Origin: a virus
Virus record (IMG/VR): IMGVR_UViG_3300043580_000025
Strand: one strand, 5' to 3'
DNA: 59,139 nt
The notes under the pieces are model-generated. The model ran no database searches and was not told where the DNA came from. It was given only the letters and a program-made list of their open reading frames with translations. Of this stretch, positions 51,516 to 59,139 are shown piece after piece. Positions within the stretch are counted from its first letter, which is position 1; every line of letters begins with the position of its first letter. The translations under genes were made by a program, and so were the position numbers.

Positions 51516-51883
51516 CAGAACGCAAACTCTACTCGCCTGCCTGGGAAAAGTACCAACATAAGAATGTGTCCGATCAGGAGCTAGCTGATCTCTTCATGAA
51601 GAAGTACGGACACCTCTTCAAGATGCAGGCACCAGATTACACCGTCGGAATCGTCTTCAGCAATAAGCCGGTGCCAGCGAGCAGGTTTAAGCCTCGCTTC
51701 GGCAAGCCGCGCCCGTGCTTCTGGGACGAGCGCAATCAGCGCGACAACTTTCAAGTCTGGACATTTGTCGGTGTCAACATTGGCAACGTCGTAGATTTTC
51801 ACGTGCCGATGAACCGCCTCGCCGGTATTGTTCGAATCATTAACGCCGAAGTGCGCGCCAGAGGGGAAGTAGTTTCCGTCTAG
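51512..51883 (+). CDS. hypothetical protein (123 aa)
   Basis: ATGA overlap. Confidence 0.65.
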   Translation: MTERKLYSPAWEKYQHKNVSDQELADLFMKKYGHLFKMQAPDYTVGIVFSNKPVPASRFKPRFGKPRPCFWDERNQRDNFQVWTFVGVNIGNVVDFHVPMNRLAGIVRIINAEVRARGEVVSV

Positions 51884-51884
51884 C

Positions 51885-51986
51885 GTGCTTCAGCTATTCA
51901 TCAAGGTCGCGCGGGTAATGCTGCTCATTGCAGTCATTATCTGCGCGGCCGTTTTCTTCTACCTCTTCTTTTTTACCACGCCATGA
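51885..51986 (+). CDS. possible 33-aa hydrophobic peptide
   Basis: GTG start; VLQLFIKVARVMLLIAVIICAAVFFYLFFFTTP; ATGA overlap with the next gene. Confidence 0.3.
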   Translation: MLQLFIKVARVMLLIAVIICAAVFFYLFFFTTP

Positions 51987-52336
51987 GCCATCCATTCTAC
52001 GACAGGCCCGATTGCATTATCACTGGCTGCTGGTTCCACAGCCCAGCAGAAAGCAAGCGCCTGCGCGCGGACCTGCACCGCCTGGGAGACTGCTACATCA
52101 TTGTGGGCAACAGGAACGACGTTGGCGAGGCCGACTGGCAATACCTGGAGCCGCCCCATTACGACAGGATCATTTCGGTCGACTACCCCGACCATTATTT
52201 CGAGCGCCGGGGGATCGTCATGTTTACCACCCGATCAGCCATTTTCAATAAGGTTGCAGAAGACTATATCGCGGGCAATATGCGCCTCCCGGAGCCGCCG
52301 CCCACGTACCCAGACACGGCAGGCGACGCCGCCTGA
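51983..52336 (+). CDS. hypothetical protein (117 aa)
   Basis: ORF in the operon chain. Confidence 0.6.
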   Translation: MSHPFYDRPDCIITGCWFHSPAESKRLRADLHRLGDCYIIVGNRNDVGEADWQYLEPPHYDRIISVDYPDHYFERRGIVMFTTRSAIFNKVAEDYIAGNMRLPEPPPTYPDTAGDAA

Positions 52337-52460
52337 CGCAATCGCGCTACACTTTGTTGCATCTCACTTTCGATCAAAAGGGAGGAAGCGTCGAGTTCTG
52401 GATTACATTACTTATATCGCAACAACGCGATGCAAACACGAAGCACAGAAAGGCTTACCC

Positions 52461-53354
52461 ATGAAATCCTATGACCTCGACTCCAACGCCACCATCAACG
52501 AAGAGGAAAACATCGTGACCCAGGCCATCAGCCCAGCAGCCGACAAGACGGACGACGTGATCACCGACATCACCGCCCCCGAAGAGCAGCCCGCCAGCAA
52601 CTCGATCCTCGACGCCGCCAGCGACGTCGCCAACGAGCAAAGCAAGCGCACCACGCTGGGCAAGAAGGAAAAGGAAGAAGCACCGAAGCGTGTCCCGACC
52701 GACCCGGCGGTGCTGGCCCGCGCCAAGGAATACGCCGCGAGCCTCGACCCGCAGGTGCGCACCGGCAAGATGTCGCGTGTCGCCTTTGTCCGGCACCTCG
52801 CTCTCTGGGAAGAAAAAGCGCTGCAACGCCCCGACGTCCTCCAGATGGTGTCGGATCAAGCACTTGGCATTAGCCCCGCGACGGCGAGCACGCAATTCCA
52901 ATTTGCGCGCAGCAACCGCTGGACCGAACACCAAGAGCGCACCAGCGACCGCCAGTCGGACGCCGAGATTCGCGCAGCCCGCAAGCTCGAAGACGCGCAA
53001 GCAAAGCTCAAGGCCCGCGCGGAACGCGAAGTGCAGAATCGCCTGGAGCGCGAGGAAAAAGAAGCGGCCCGCGCCAAAGCAGCGGACGAACGCGAGCAGA
53101 TGCGCCGCGCGAACATCGAAGCGAAGGAAGCAGCGCGCGTCAAAGCCGCCAACGAGCGCGAAGAGATGCGCCGCGCGAACCTCGAAGCCAAAGAGGCAGC
53201 ACGCCTGAAGGCAGCGAAGGAGCGCGACGAGATGCGCGACGCCCTGCGCGAGTCGATCCTGAAGGCCAACCGCGAGGCCCGCGAAAAGGCTGAGCAAGAA
53301 GCCGCCGCCCGCGTCGCGGCCCGCGCCGCCGCAGCTGGCAAAGCCGACGAGTGA
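52461..53354 (+). CDS. acidic N-terminus / coiled-coil protein with 22-aa tandem repeats
   Basis: ATG 52461 after CAGAAAGG; the track's 120-codon upstream extension overlaps another gene. Confidence 0.75.
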   Translation: MKSYDLDSNATINEEENIVTQAISPAADKTDDVITDITAPEEQPASNSILDAASDVANEQSKRTTLGKKEKEEAPKRVPTDPAVLARAKEYAASLDPQVRTGKMSRVAFVRHLALWEEKALQRPDVLQMVSDQALGISPATASTQFQFARSNRWTEHQERTSDRQSDAEIRAARKLEDAQAKLKARAEREVQNRLEREEKEAARAKAADEREQMRRANIEAKEAARVKAANEREEMRRANLEAKEAARLKAAKERDEMRDALRESILKANREAREKAEQEAAARVAARAAAAGKADE

Positions 53355-53363
53355 AACCAGCCC

Positions 53364-53400
53364 GCAGGCACCTGCAAGACCCATGCAGGTGCCTGCATTT
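53364..53400 (+). terminator. terminator-like hairpin
   Basis: 13-bp perfect stem GCAGGCACCTGCA / TGCAGGTGCCTGC, 7-nt loop, then ATTT. Confidence 0.55.
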
Positions 53401-53463
53401 CCTCCTGAAGTCCTCCTGACTTCATCCTGAAGTCCTCCCGCCGCCCCCAGAAAGGAATGAGCC

Positions 53464-53673
53464 GTGCCCATTGACCGCGCCAACCGCCCCTACGATCCCC
53501 AGGAAGCCCGCAGGCGCAGCGAAGACGCCGCCGCCAAGCCGGTGTGGCGTCCCAACCTGACGCCCCCGCCCAAGCCCGGTGTTGGCCTGGGCCTGCTCCT
53601 CTGGACGCTGGCCGCAGCCGGGATCACCTTCTTCATCATCGTCCTCGCCTTGGTCATGTACCTGCGCGCATGA
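53464..53673 (+). CDS. small membrane protein (69 aa)
   Basis: GTG after CAGAAAGG; one hydrophobic helix. Confidence 0.55.
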   Translation: MPIDRANRPYDPQEARRRSEDAAAKPVWRPNLTPPPKPGVGLGLLLWTLAAAGITFFIIVLALVMYLRA

Positions 53674-53975
53674 CTACACCGGCCGCTTTATCCTGCCCGT
53701 TTTGCGGCAGCGCGAACGTTTACACGCAAGAGGGAAGCACCTTCCGCTGGATGCTGGCCGAATGCCAAAACTGCGGTGCACGAGGCCCCGAGGTGCGTGT
53801 ACAAACGCTAGGCAAAGGCACGCGCGAGGAATGGCTCGCCAAAGGTCGCGCCAACGCTATCGCTGAGTGGAATAGCCGCGCCGAGACGCCCCAGGACATC
53901 CCCACGCCGCGCAGCAAGCCCGGTCCAACCCGCGACAGGCCGACCGAGCCGCGCGAGCCCAAGCCCAAAATTTAG
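53670..53975 (+). CDS. Lar-like restriction alleviation protein
   Basis: CPFCG...CQNCG...AIAEWNSR pattern; ATGA overlap. Confidence 0.7.
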   Translation: MTTPAALSCPFCGSANVYTQEGSTFRWMLAECQNCGARGPEVRVQTLGKGTREEWLAKGRANAIAEWNSRAETPQDIPTPRSKPGPTRDRPTEPREPKPKI

Positions 53976-54000
53976 CCCGTCAGTGCCCGTGCGGCTGGGC

Positions 54001-54006
54001 TATAAT
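54001..54006 (+). promoter_or_regulatory. -10 box of a cassette of the 26-nt class
   Basis: TATAAT, 26 nt to ATG 54033, leader CCAACAGAAAG as in the island. Confidence 0.45.
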
Positions 54007-54032
54007 CAAAGCCCCCAACAGAAAGTTTCCTC

Positions 54033-54287
54033 ATGAAATTGTGCATCACCGCGCTCAACGACGACGAATCCCTTATCCCTTACTACCCACTCACGGCCAC
54101 CGGCGACGAAGAAGAGTTGACGCACCTGATGAATCAGGTGATCCTCGACGATGTACATCTCGAACAAGAATCTGTGCGGTGCAACATGATGGGCCAGTTG
54201 CCCACCAACGCTAGGCTGCACCAGTTAGTCGCTTGGGTCAATCGGCACAGTCGCGATCTAGAGGTGCAATTAGTCATAAACGACTGA
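54033..54287 (+). CDS. hypothetical protein (84 aa)
   Basis: ATG after CAGAAAG. Confidence 0.65.
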   Translation: MKLCITALNDDESLIPYYPLTATGDEEELTHLMNQVILDDVHLEQESVRCNMMGQLPTNARLHQLVAWVNRHSRDLEVQLVIND

Positions 54288-54384
54288 CCAGCAAAATATT
54301 TTCGCCAAATCGCCAGAAGCGGGCAAATTTCGATTACATTAAATGCATCGGCGCAGCGGTTGCGCCGAAAACAGAAAGCACGAA

Positions 54385-54606
54385 ATGATTAAGCACCTCG
54401 AACTGACGCCCGCCAAGACCTACGTTTCCCGCGACAACGCCATCAAGGCAGTCGAAAAGACCTTCGGCCCGCGCGTCACCGCCGAGAACGGCGAGCGCCT
54501 TGACTTTGTCATTGTGGCGAACGCCGAAGGCCGCTTCTTCCCGATGTTTTTGGGCGAACGTGCATTGCAAGCCGGGATGCACTTCCACTTTTGCGTCGCT
54601 AATTAA
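54385..54606 (+). CDS. hypothetical protein (73 aa)
   Basis: ATG 6 nt after CAGAAAGC. Confidence 0.65.
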   Translation: MIKHLELTPAKTYVSRDNAIKAVEKTFGPRVTAENGERLDFVIVANAEGRFFPMFLGERALQAGMHFHFCVAN

Positions 54607-54646
54607 ACAAAAGAGAGGGCGCTATACGCGCCCCAGGAGAACAACT

Positions 54647-54976
54647 ATGTCGTATTTCAAGAATATCCCGCCCCGTCCCAACTGCATCTTTTGCGGCAAG
54701 CCCGTCGCAGACGAGGCCTGGGACGAAGAGTCGCACGGCTGGTTCAGCTATGGACCGAACTGCATGATGTCGCACCCGCAAGGCCGGTACGCCGTCAAGA
54801 TGACCGAGGGCGAATTGTCGATCATCTATGCGGTCAAGCTGACCACGCTGGCCCGCGCGGTGTCGATGGCCGACTACCTGACGCGGTCCAACCCGCAATA
54901 CAAAGGCAAAGTAAAGTTCGAAGCTGTCGACCTGGGCAAAGGCATCAGCTACGAGTGCAAGACCAACCACCACTAA
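54647..54976 (+). CDS. hypothetical protein (109 aa) with CxxC
   Basis: AGGAGA SD. Confidence 0.7.
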   Translation: MSYFKNIPPRPNCIFCGKPVADEAWDEESHGWFSYGPNCMMSHPQGRYAVKMTEGELSIIYAVKLTTLARAVSMADYLTRSNPQYKGKVKFEAVDLGKGISYECKTNHH

Positions 54977-54992
54977 GCAGGAGATTAAAACA

Positions 54993-55193
54993 ATGAGCTT
55001 TGAGAACTACGCCGCCAGCATCGCAGAGAAGGCAGAGGCACGTGCCGCCGCAATGGCAGCGATGCAGCCGCTTTACGAAGCCGCACGCAAGCGCATCCTG
55101 CCTGATCTGAAGGATCATGGACTGGTGGAGGCCATCCGCCGCCATGAGATGCGCAAGCTCGCGATTGATCGCGCTATCAACGAGACACTTTGA
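54993..55193 (+). CDS. hypothetical protein (66 aa)
   Basis: AGGAG SD. Confidence 0.6.
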   Translation: MSFENYAASIAEKAEARAAAMAAMQPLYEAARKRILPDLKDHGLVEAIRRHEMRKLAIDRAINETL

Positions 55194-55297
55194 AACACTC
55201 AAGCTGGCGAACTGAGCAATTCAGCGTCGCCAGCGCCTATAATCCAAACACCGCAGCAATTGTTGCAGCGGAATTACCCCACCAGAAAGGCTACCCC

Positions 55298-56104
55298 ATG
55301 AACAAGCTCCTCGCCCTGACCAACACCGACATCGCCCAATACGCTCCGAGCATTTTTGCCGACGAGCCAGCACCCGGTGCCTCCTCCCGCTACCAATTTG
55401 TGCGCACCATTGAGGTGATCGACACCATGCGCAACGCCGGTTTCGAAGTTGTCCAAGCGTCGCAGTCAAAGACCTACAGCGCCGAGAAAAAGCCTTATGC
55501 GAAGCACCTTGTCCGGCTGGTGCATCGCGACTACCTTGAAGGCAAACTGCAGGTCGGTGATTTTGTCCCAGAGATCGCCATGACGAACAGCCACAACCGC
55601 ACGTCGGCCTACCACATGATGGCCGCGCTGAAGGTGCTGGCCTGCCTTAACGGCATGATGCTTCCCTCAGCGCAATACGGCAACATCCGCGTCTTGCACA
55701 ATGACCCGCGCATGATGGACCACATCATTGACGGCACGGACCTGATCCGCGAAGTGCACATGAACCACGCGCTGCCGCGCATCGAGCGCATGAAGCAGAT
55801 CGAATTGAGCAAGCAGCAAGCAGTCGATTTTGCGACTGGTGCGACGCTGCTGAAGTGGGGCGAAAAGCGCCCAGACCACGCCGATGGCCTGCTCTCGGTG
55901 CGCCGCGCGGAAGACGATAGCAACACGCTCTGGAGCGTCTTCAACCGCGTCCAAGAAAACGCCATGAAGGGCGGCTACCTCGCCCAGGATCGCGGTGGCC
56001 GCAACGTGAAGACCGCAGGGATCAACTCGGTCAACCGCGACATCGACTTCAACGCAGGCATCTGGACCTTTGCCAACCGCGTGCTGGACATCGTCGCCGC
56101 TTAA
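55298..56104 (+). CDS. DUF932-like protein
   Basis: N-terminus LLALTNTDIAQYAPSIFADEP..SSRYQFVRTIEVID resembles DUF932; ATG after CAGAAAGG. Confidence 0.6.
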   Translation: MNKLLALTNTDIAQYAPSIFADEPAPGASSRYQFVRTIEVIDTMRNAGFEVVQASQSKTYSAEKKPYAKHLVRLVHRDYLEGKLQVGDFVPEIAMTNSHNRTSAYHMMAALKVLACLNGMMLPSAQYGNIRVLHNDPRMMDHIIDGTDLIREVHMNHALPRIERMKQIELSKQQAVDFATGATLLKWGEKRPDHADGLLSVRRAEDDSNTLWSVFNRVQENAMKGGYLAQDRGGRNVKTAGINSVNRDIDFNAGIWTFANRVLDIVAA

Positions 56105-56150
56105 GAATAGAATGGGGCTTCGGCCCCAGCCCCCAACAGAAAGGTACATC

Positions 56151-56405
56151 ATGCTTCGCATCAGCCACCACACCGCCGTCGCCGCCTTGACGGAATCGGA
56201 TTATCCTTTTATCTTTACCGGCGAGGCTTCGAGCCTGGACATGGTGCCCGGTGAATGGCCCGAATCGTTTGAGCTTGTCGACTTCCCTATCGGCAACGAC
56301 AAACCCTTTTTCCGATTCAAGGACATTGTCGAAGCCGACGAACTCGTCGCTGTCGAATACCGGCAGCAAGACGGCACCATAACCATCCGCGTCTACAACG
56401 ACTGA
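56151..56405 (+). CDS. hypothetical protein (84 aa)
   Basis: ATG after CAGAAAGG. Confidence 0.65.
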   Translation: MLRISHHTAVAALTESDYPFIFTGEASSLDMVPGEWPESFELVDFPIGNDKPFFRFKDIVEADELVAVEYRQQDGTITIRVYND

Positions 56406-56406
56406 C

Positions 56407-56619
56407 ATGACGGTCCTACCCTGGGCCAAGTGGCCTGCGCTCCAGAAGGAGCGCGTGCGCCGAGAGGTCGGATTGCGCATGGACGCCGCGCACGTCGGCA
56501 CGCGCCACGAGATCATCTGCGCAGCGCTCTACGAGCTTTATCCATACGCCGTCACGGACGCAACCTACGACGACCTTGTCCGCGATATCTACGCCGACAT
56601 CAAAAGCAACCAGCAATAA
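56407..56619 (+). CDS. hypothetical protein (70 aa)
   Basis: starts 1 nt after the upstream stop. Confidence 0.55.
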   Translation: MTVLPWAKWPALQKERVRREVGLRMDAAHVGTRHEIICAALYELYPYAVTDATYDDLVRDIYADIKSNQQ

Positions 56620-56629
56620 GAGAACATCA

Positions 56630-56809
56630 ATGGGATATCTAATCACGCACGCACTTGCCAATGGGCTAACCGCCAACCTCTCGGTTGCCCGCGCAGGTCA
56701 ATACGCCATCTATGACGCGACAGGGAAGTTTTTGGCCTATGCGAAGAGCATCAAAGCGGCCCAGGAATTCGCAAAGAATTTCTCGGTTCCGCTTGCGGCT
56801 GGACTATAA
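56630..56809 (+). CDS. hypothetical protein (59 aa)
   Basis: internal ATG of track ORF 56576..56809. Confidence 0.45.
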   Translation: MGYLITHALANGLTANLSVARAGQYAIYDATGKFLAYAKSIKAAQEFAKNFSVPLAAGL

Positions 56810-56810
56810 T
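56805..56810 (+). promoter_or_regulatory. -10 box containing the upstream stop codon
   Basis: TATAAT; 29 nt to ATG 56840. Confidence 0.4.
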
Positions 56811-56839
56811 CAAGCACCAACCCAGAAAGGCAAAACAGA

Positions 56840-57106
56840 ATGACTCTCTCCCACGTGAACAGGTTCAAGGTCGGCCAGCAGATTCGAGCATACGAATTCA
56901 AGCCATGCGCCGGACGCAACGACTGCTACCACGAAGGCGTGGTGCTCGAAACCAACTACGCCAAGCATGGGTACGAAGCGTACCTAATCAACGTCACCCG
57001 GCACGTCTTTGCTGGCGAGAGCGTTCCTGAAAGCGTCGACCAGCACGTGATCGTCCCACACTTCATCGGCTCGCGCGAATACTCGCACCGCATCATAGCG
57101 GTGTAA
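56840..57106 (+). CDS. hypothetical protein (88 aa)
   Basis: ATG after CAGAAAGG. Confidence 0.65.
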   Translation: MTLSHVNRFKVGQQIRAYEFKPCAGRNDCYHEGVVLETNYAKHGYEAYLINVTRHVFAGESVPESVDQHVIVPHFIGSREYSHRIIAV

Positions 57107-57130
57107 ACCAACCCCAGGAGAACACCGCCT

Positions 57131-57535
57131 ATGACATTCAAAGTGCCAAACAAGTACCGCGTGCATACCGGCGAGTACGGCAGCGACGACAGCTATGGCT
57201 GCAACGGCGCGTTCTTCATCCCGCGCGGCCCAGGCAAAGCGTATCGCGACAGCAATGCGCCGTTCAAGGTCATCGCCAGCGACGGCGAAGGCTGGGAGCA
57301 CGTGAGTGTCAGCTTGCCCAACCGCACACCGACCTGGGCTGAGATGGATTCCATGAAGCGCATGTTCTGGGACGACGACGATTGCGTGATGCAACTGCAT
57401 CCGCCGCGCGCTGACTGGATCAACAACCATCCGTACTGCTTGCACCTTTGGCGTCCGGTCAACATAACGATCCCGCAGCCGCCTGGATGGTTGGTCGGCA
57501 ATCGCGACGCAAACATCGACGAGACCGTGACGTGA
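57131..57535 (+). CDS. hypothetical protein (134 aa)
   Basis: AGGAGA SD. Confidence 0.7.
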   Translation: MTFKVPNKYRVHTGEYGSDDSYGCNGAFFIPRGPGKAYRDSNAPFKVIASDGEGWEHVSVSLPNRTPTWAEMDSMKRMFWDDDDCVMQLHPPRADWINNHPYCLHLWRPVNITIPQPPGWLVGNRDANIDETVT

Positions 57536-57825
57536 AAACGATGATCATTGCTGCCGCACTGGTCGTCTCGACGGCGATCCTTGCCGCCGAATCCGACCAG
57601 CATATCGGCACTTGCTTTGCGTACATGATGCAAAATCAACACGGCGATGGTGCTAGAGCAGTCGCGAGAATGACTACAGATCTCGAGGCCGCGCAGCACT
57701 ATGTCATCGCCGGACTACGCAAGAAGGTCGACGTCGCAGACGCCGCCGCCGCTTGCACGAAGCTGGGGATTAACTTTCGCAATTACAAACCCAGTCCTGT
57801 TCTAACCGCAACACAAAAGGATTGA
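57532..57825 (+). CDS. small secreted protein candidate
   Basis: GTGA overlap; N-terminal signal-like MIIAAALVVSTAILAAE. Confidence 0.55.
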   Translation: MKTMIIAAALVVSTAILAAESDQHIGTCFAYMMQNQHGDGARAVARMTTDLEAAQHYVIAGLRKKVDVADAAAACTKLGINFRNYKPSPVLTATQKD

Positions 57826-57827
57826 CC

Positions 57828-57956
57828 ATGCCTCAGAGTTATACGTCCATTGCTGACTCGGCCAACATGAAAACAGAGGTCGCTGCGCCGAAGCCGAAGC
57901 CGCCGCCAACACCGCCGCCGAAGAAACCAGCGCCGAAGCCAAAGAAAAAGAAGTAA
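57828..57956 (+). CDS. possible 42-aa Lys/Pro-rich peptide
   Basis: Translated manually: MPQSYTSIADSANMKTEVAAPKPKPPPTPPPKKPAPKPKKKK. Confidence 0.3.
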   Translation: MPQSYTSIADSANMKTEVAAPKPKPPPTPPPKKPAPKPKKKK

Positions 57957-57965
57957 GTCTGCCGC

Positions 57966-59139
57966 ATGAGTGAGCAGCAGACTTTTTTCTGGGACGACCT
58001 TCCCGTCAGCGAGCCGCAGCCCAGGAAGCGCGGCAATAACAACCGCCCCACGCCGCCGATCCCGGATACAGGCTGGGTAGCCCCCGGCGCTTTCCCCCGG
58101 CTGGCCCAGGCCCGCGTTCTGGGCCTGGACACCGAGACAAAAGACCCGGCGCTGGTCGAGAAAGGCCCAGGCTTCCGCCGCGCCGGTGAAGAGGGCGCGC
58201 ACATCGTGGGCATGAGCGTCGGCACGCCGGACGGTGGGCGCTGGTACTTCCCGATGCGCCATGAGATCGCGCCGGAACAAAACCTCGACCCGGCGCACGT
58301 GCTGGCCTGGGCGCGCGATAACATTTGCACCGAAGGCCAAGCCAAGGTCGGTGCGAATCTATCCTACGACGTCGACGCGCTATGGTCCGAAGGCGTGCAG
58401 GTGACGGGACCATTCATCGACGTCCAGCACGCGGAAGCGTTGATCGACAGCAATCGATTCACCTACAGCCTCGACGCGCTGGGCGAGTCGTACCTGGGCG
58501 AGACGAAGGTCAAGACGGACCTCGCCAAATGGATCGAGCTTGCGTATGGCGACGCCGACAATTATCGCGCGCATATCTGGCACGCACCGCCTTGCTTGGT
58601 CGGTCCCTATGCCGAAGGCGACGTCGACCTGCCGCTGCGCATCTGGGATAAGCAGAAGCCGATCCTAGAGCAGCAGTTGATGATGGGCCTGTTCGATCTA
58701 GAGACCGAACTGATCCCGATGATGATTGAGATGCGGCAGAACGGCGTGCGCGTCGATATCGAATACGCGAAGCGCCTGGACGACGAATTGACCGCAGGCA
58801 TCCTTGAGGCCGACGTCCGCTTGCAGGCGGTGTCCGGTGGCGTGCTGCACAATCTCGACCCGGACAAGGACATCAGCAAGGGCGATCTCGCTGCGCTATT
58901 TGACGCGGCCGGTGTTGCCTATCCCAAGACGGCCACAGGCCAGCCATCGTTCGTCAAGGAATGGCTCGAGCGCGTGCAGCACCCGGCTGGCGAGCTAGTG
59001 CGACACCGCCGCCAGCTTCAGAAGTACCGCAACACATTCGTGCGCGCCTACGTGCTTGACAAGCATATCAACGGTCGCTTGTACGCGCTCTTTCATCAGC
59101 TTAAAGGCGACGAGAATGGTGCGGTCACCGGCCGCTTTT
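57966..59139 (+). CDS. DNA polymerase, family A, N-terminal 3'-5' exonuclease part (open at the window end; continues at base 128 through the junction)
   Basis: ATG 57966; LGLDTETKD Exo I motif; no stop before the window end; in frame with 1..999. Confidence 0.92.
   Translation, partial: MSEQQTFFWDDLPVSEPQPRKRGNNNRPTPPIPDTGWVAPGAFPRLAQARVLGLDTETKDPALVEKGPGFRRAGEEGAHIVGMSVGTPDGGRWYFPMRHEIAPEQNLDPAHVLAWARDNICTEGQAKVGANLSYDVDALWSEGVQVTGPFIDVQHAEALIDSNRFTYSLDALGESYLGETKVKTDLAKWIELAYGDADNYRAHIWHAPPCLVGPYAEGDVDLPLRIWDKQKPILEQQLMMGLFDLETELIPMMIEMRQNGVRVDIEYAKRLDDELTAGILEADVRLQAVSGGVLHNLDPDKDISKGDLAALFDAAGVAYPKTATGQPSFVKEWLERVQHPAGELVRHRRQLQKYRNTFVRAYVLDKHINGRLYALFHQLKGDENGAVTGRF
59013..59139. repeat. 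Circular-assembly overlap, identical to 1..127
   Basis: 127/127 identical. Confidence 0.95.

Noticed and set aside
1-59139. Lysogeny module (integrase, CI/Cro-type repressor, att site), tRNA genes, toxin-antitoxin pairs
   Set aside because: I looked through all ORFs and intergenic regions and recognised none. Absence is based on motif inspection only and could be overturned by profile searches.

Overview
This window is a complete genome of a GC-rich, long-tailed (siphovirus-type) phage, assembled as a circle. Bases 1-127 repeat exactly at 59013-59139, so the unit is 59,012 bp, and the family-A DNA polymerase gene runs across the junction.

Layout:
- Plus strand, 45556 -> junction -> 2426: early/replication arm. 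It carries an SNF2-type helicase, an SSB-like protein, an HNH protein, Lar-like and DUF932-like proteins, PolA, a nuclease and many tiny ORFs.
- Minus strand, 45393 -> 42632: short leftward early operon (primase-polymerase plus SF3 helicase), ending at a large intrinsic terminator.
- Minus strand, 42332 -> 37096: late genes terS, terL, portal and a MuF-like head protein.
- Minus strand, 28835 -> 2430: scaffold, major capsid, connectors, tail tube, a GH12-like protein, G/GT chaperones with a -1 frameshift, tape measure, a 2195-aa tail-tip giant, a fibre, two holin-like proteins and a lambda-R-type lysozyme.
- Plus strand, 28937-37099: an accessory island that interrupts the late genes. It holds about 20 tiny ORFs, an HExxH protein and three tandem DPPY DNA methyltransferases, driven by near-identical extended -10 promoter/leader cassettes.

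Most unusual signals:
- A CAGAAAG box at fixed spacing before about 25 early start codons, where late genes use AAGGAG.
- The promoter/leader cassette family, which falls into rigid 26- and 33-nt length classes.
- The triplicated methyltransferase array.
- A 112-bp concentric palindrome terminator between the helicase gene and terS.
- Glycosidase-like domains embedded in tail proteins.

I recognised no integrase, repressor, tRNA, CRISPR array or reverse transcriptase. All functional calls rest on motif recognition by eye; no searches were run.
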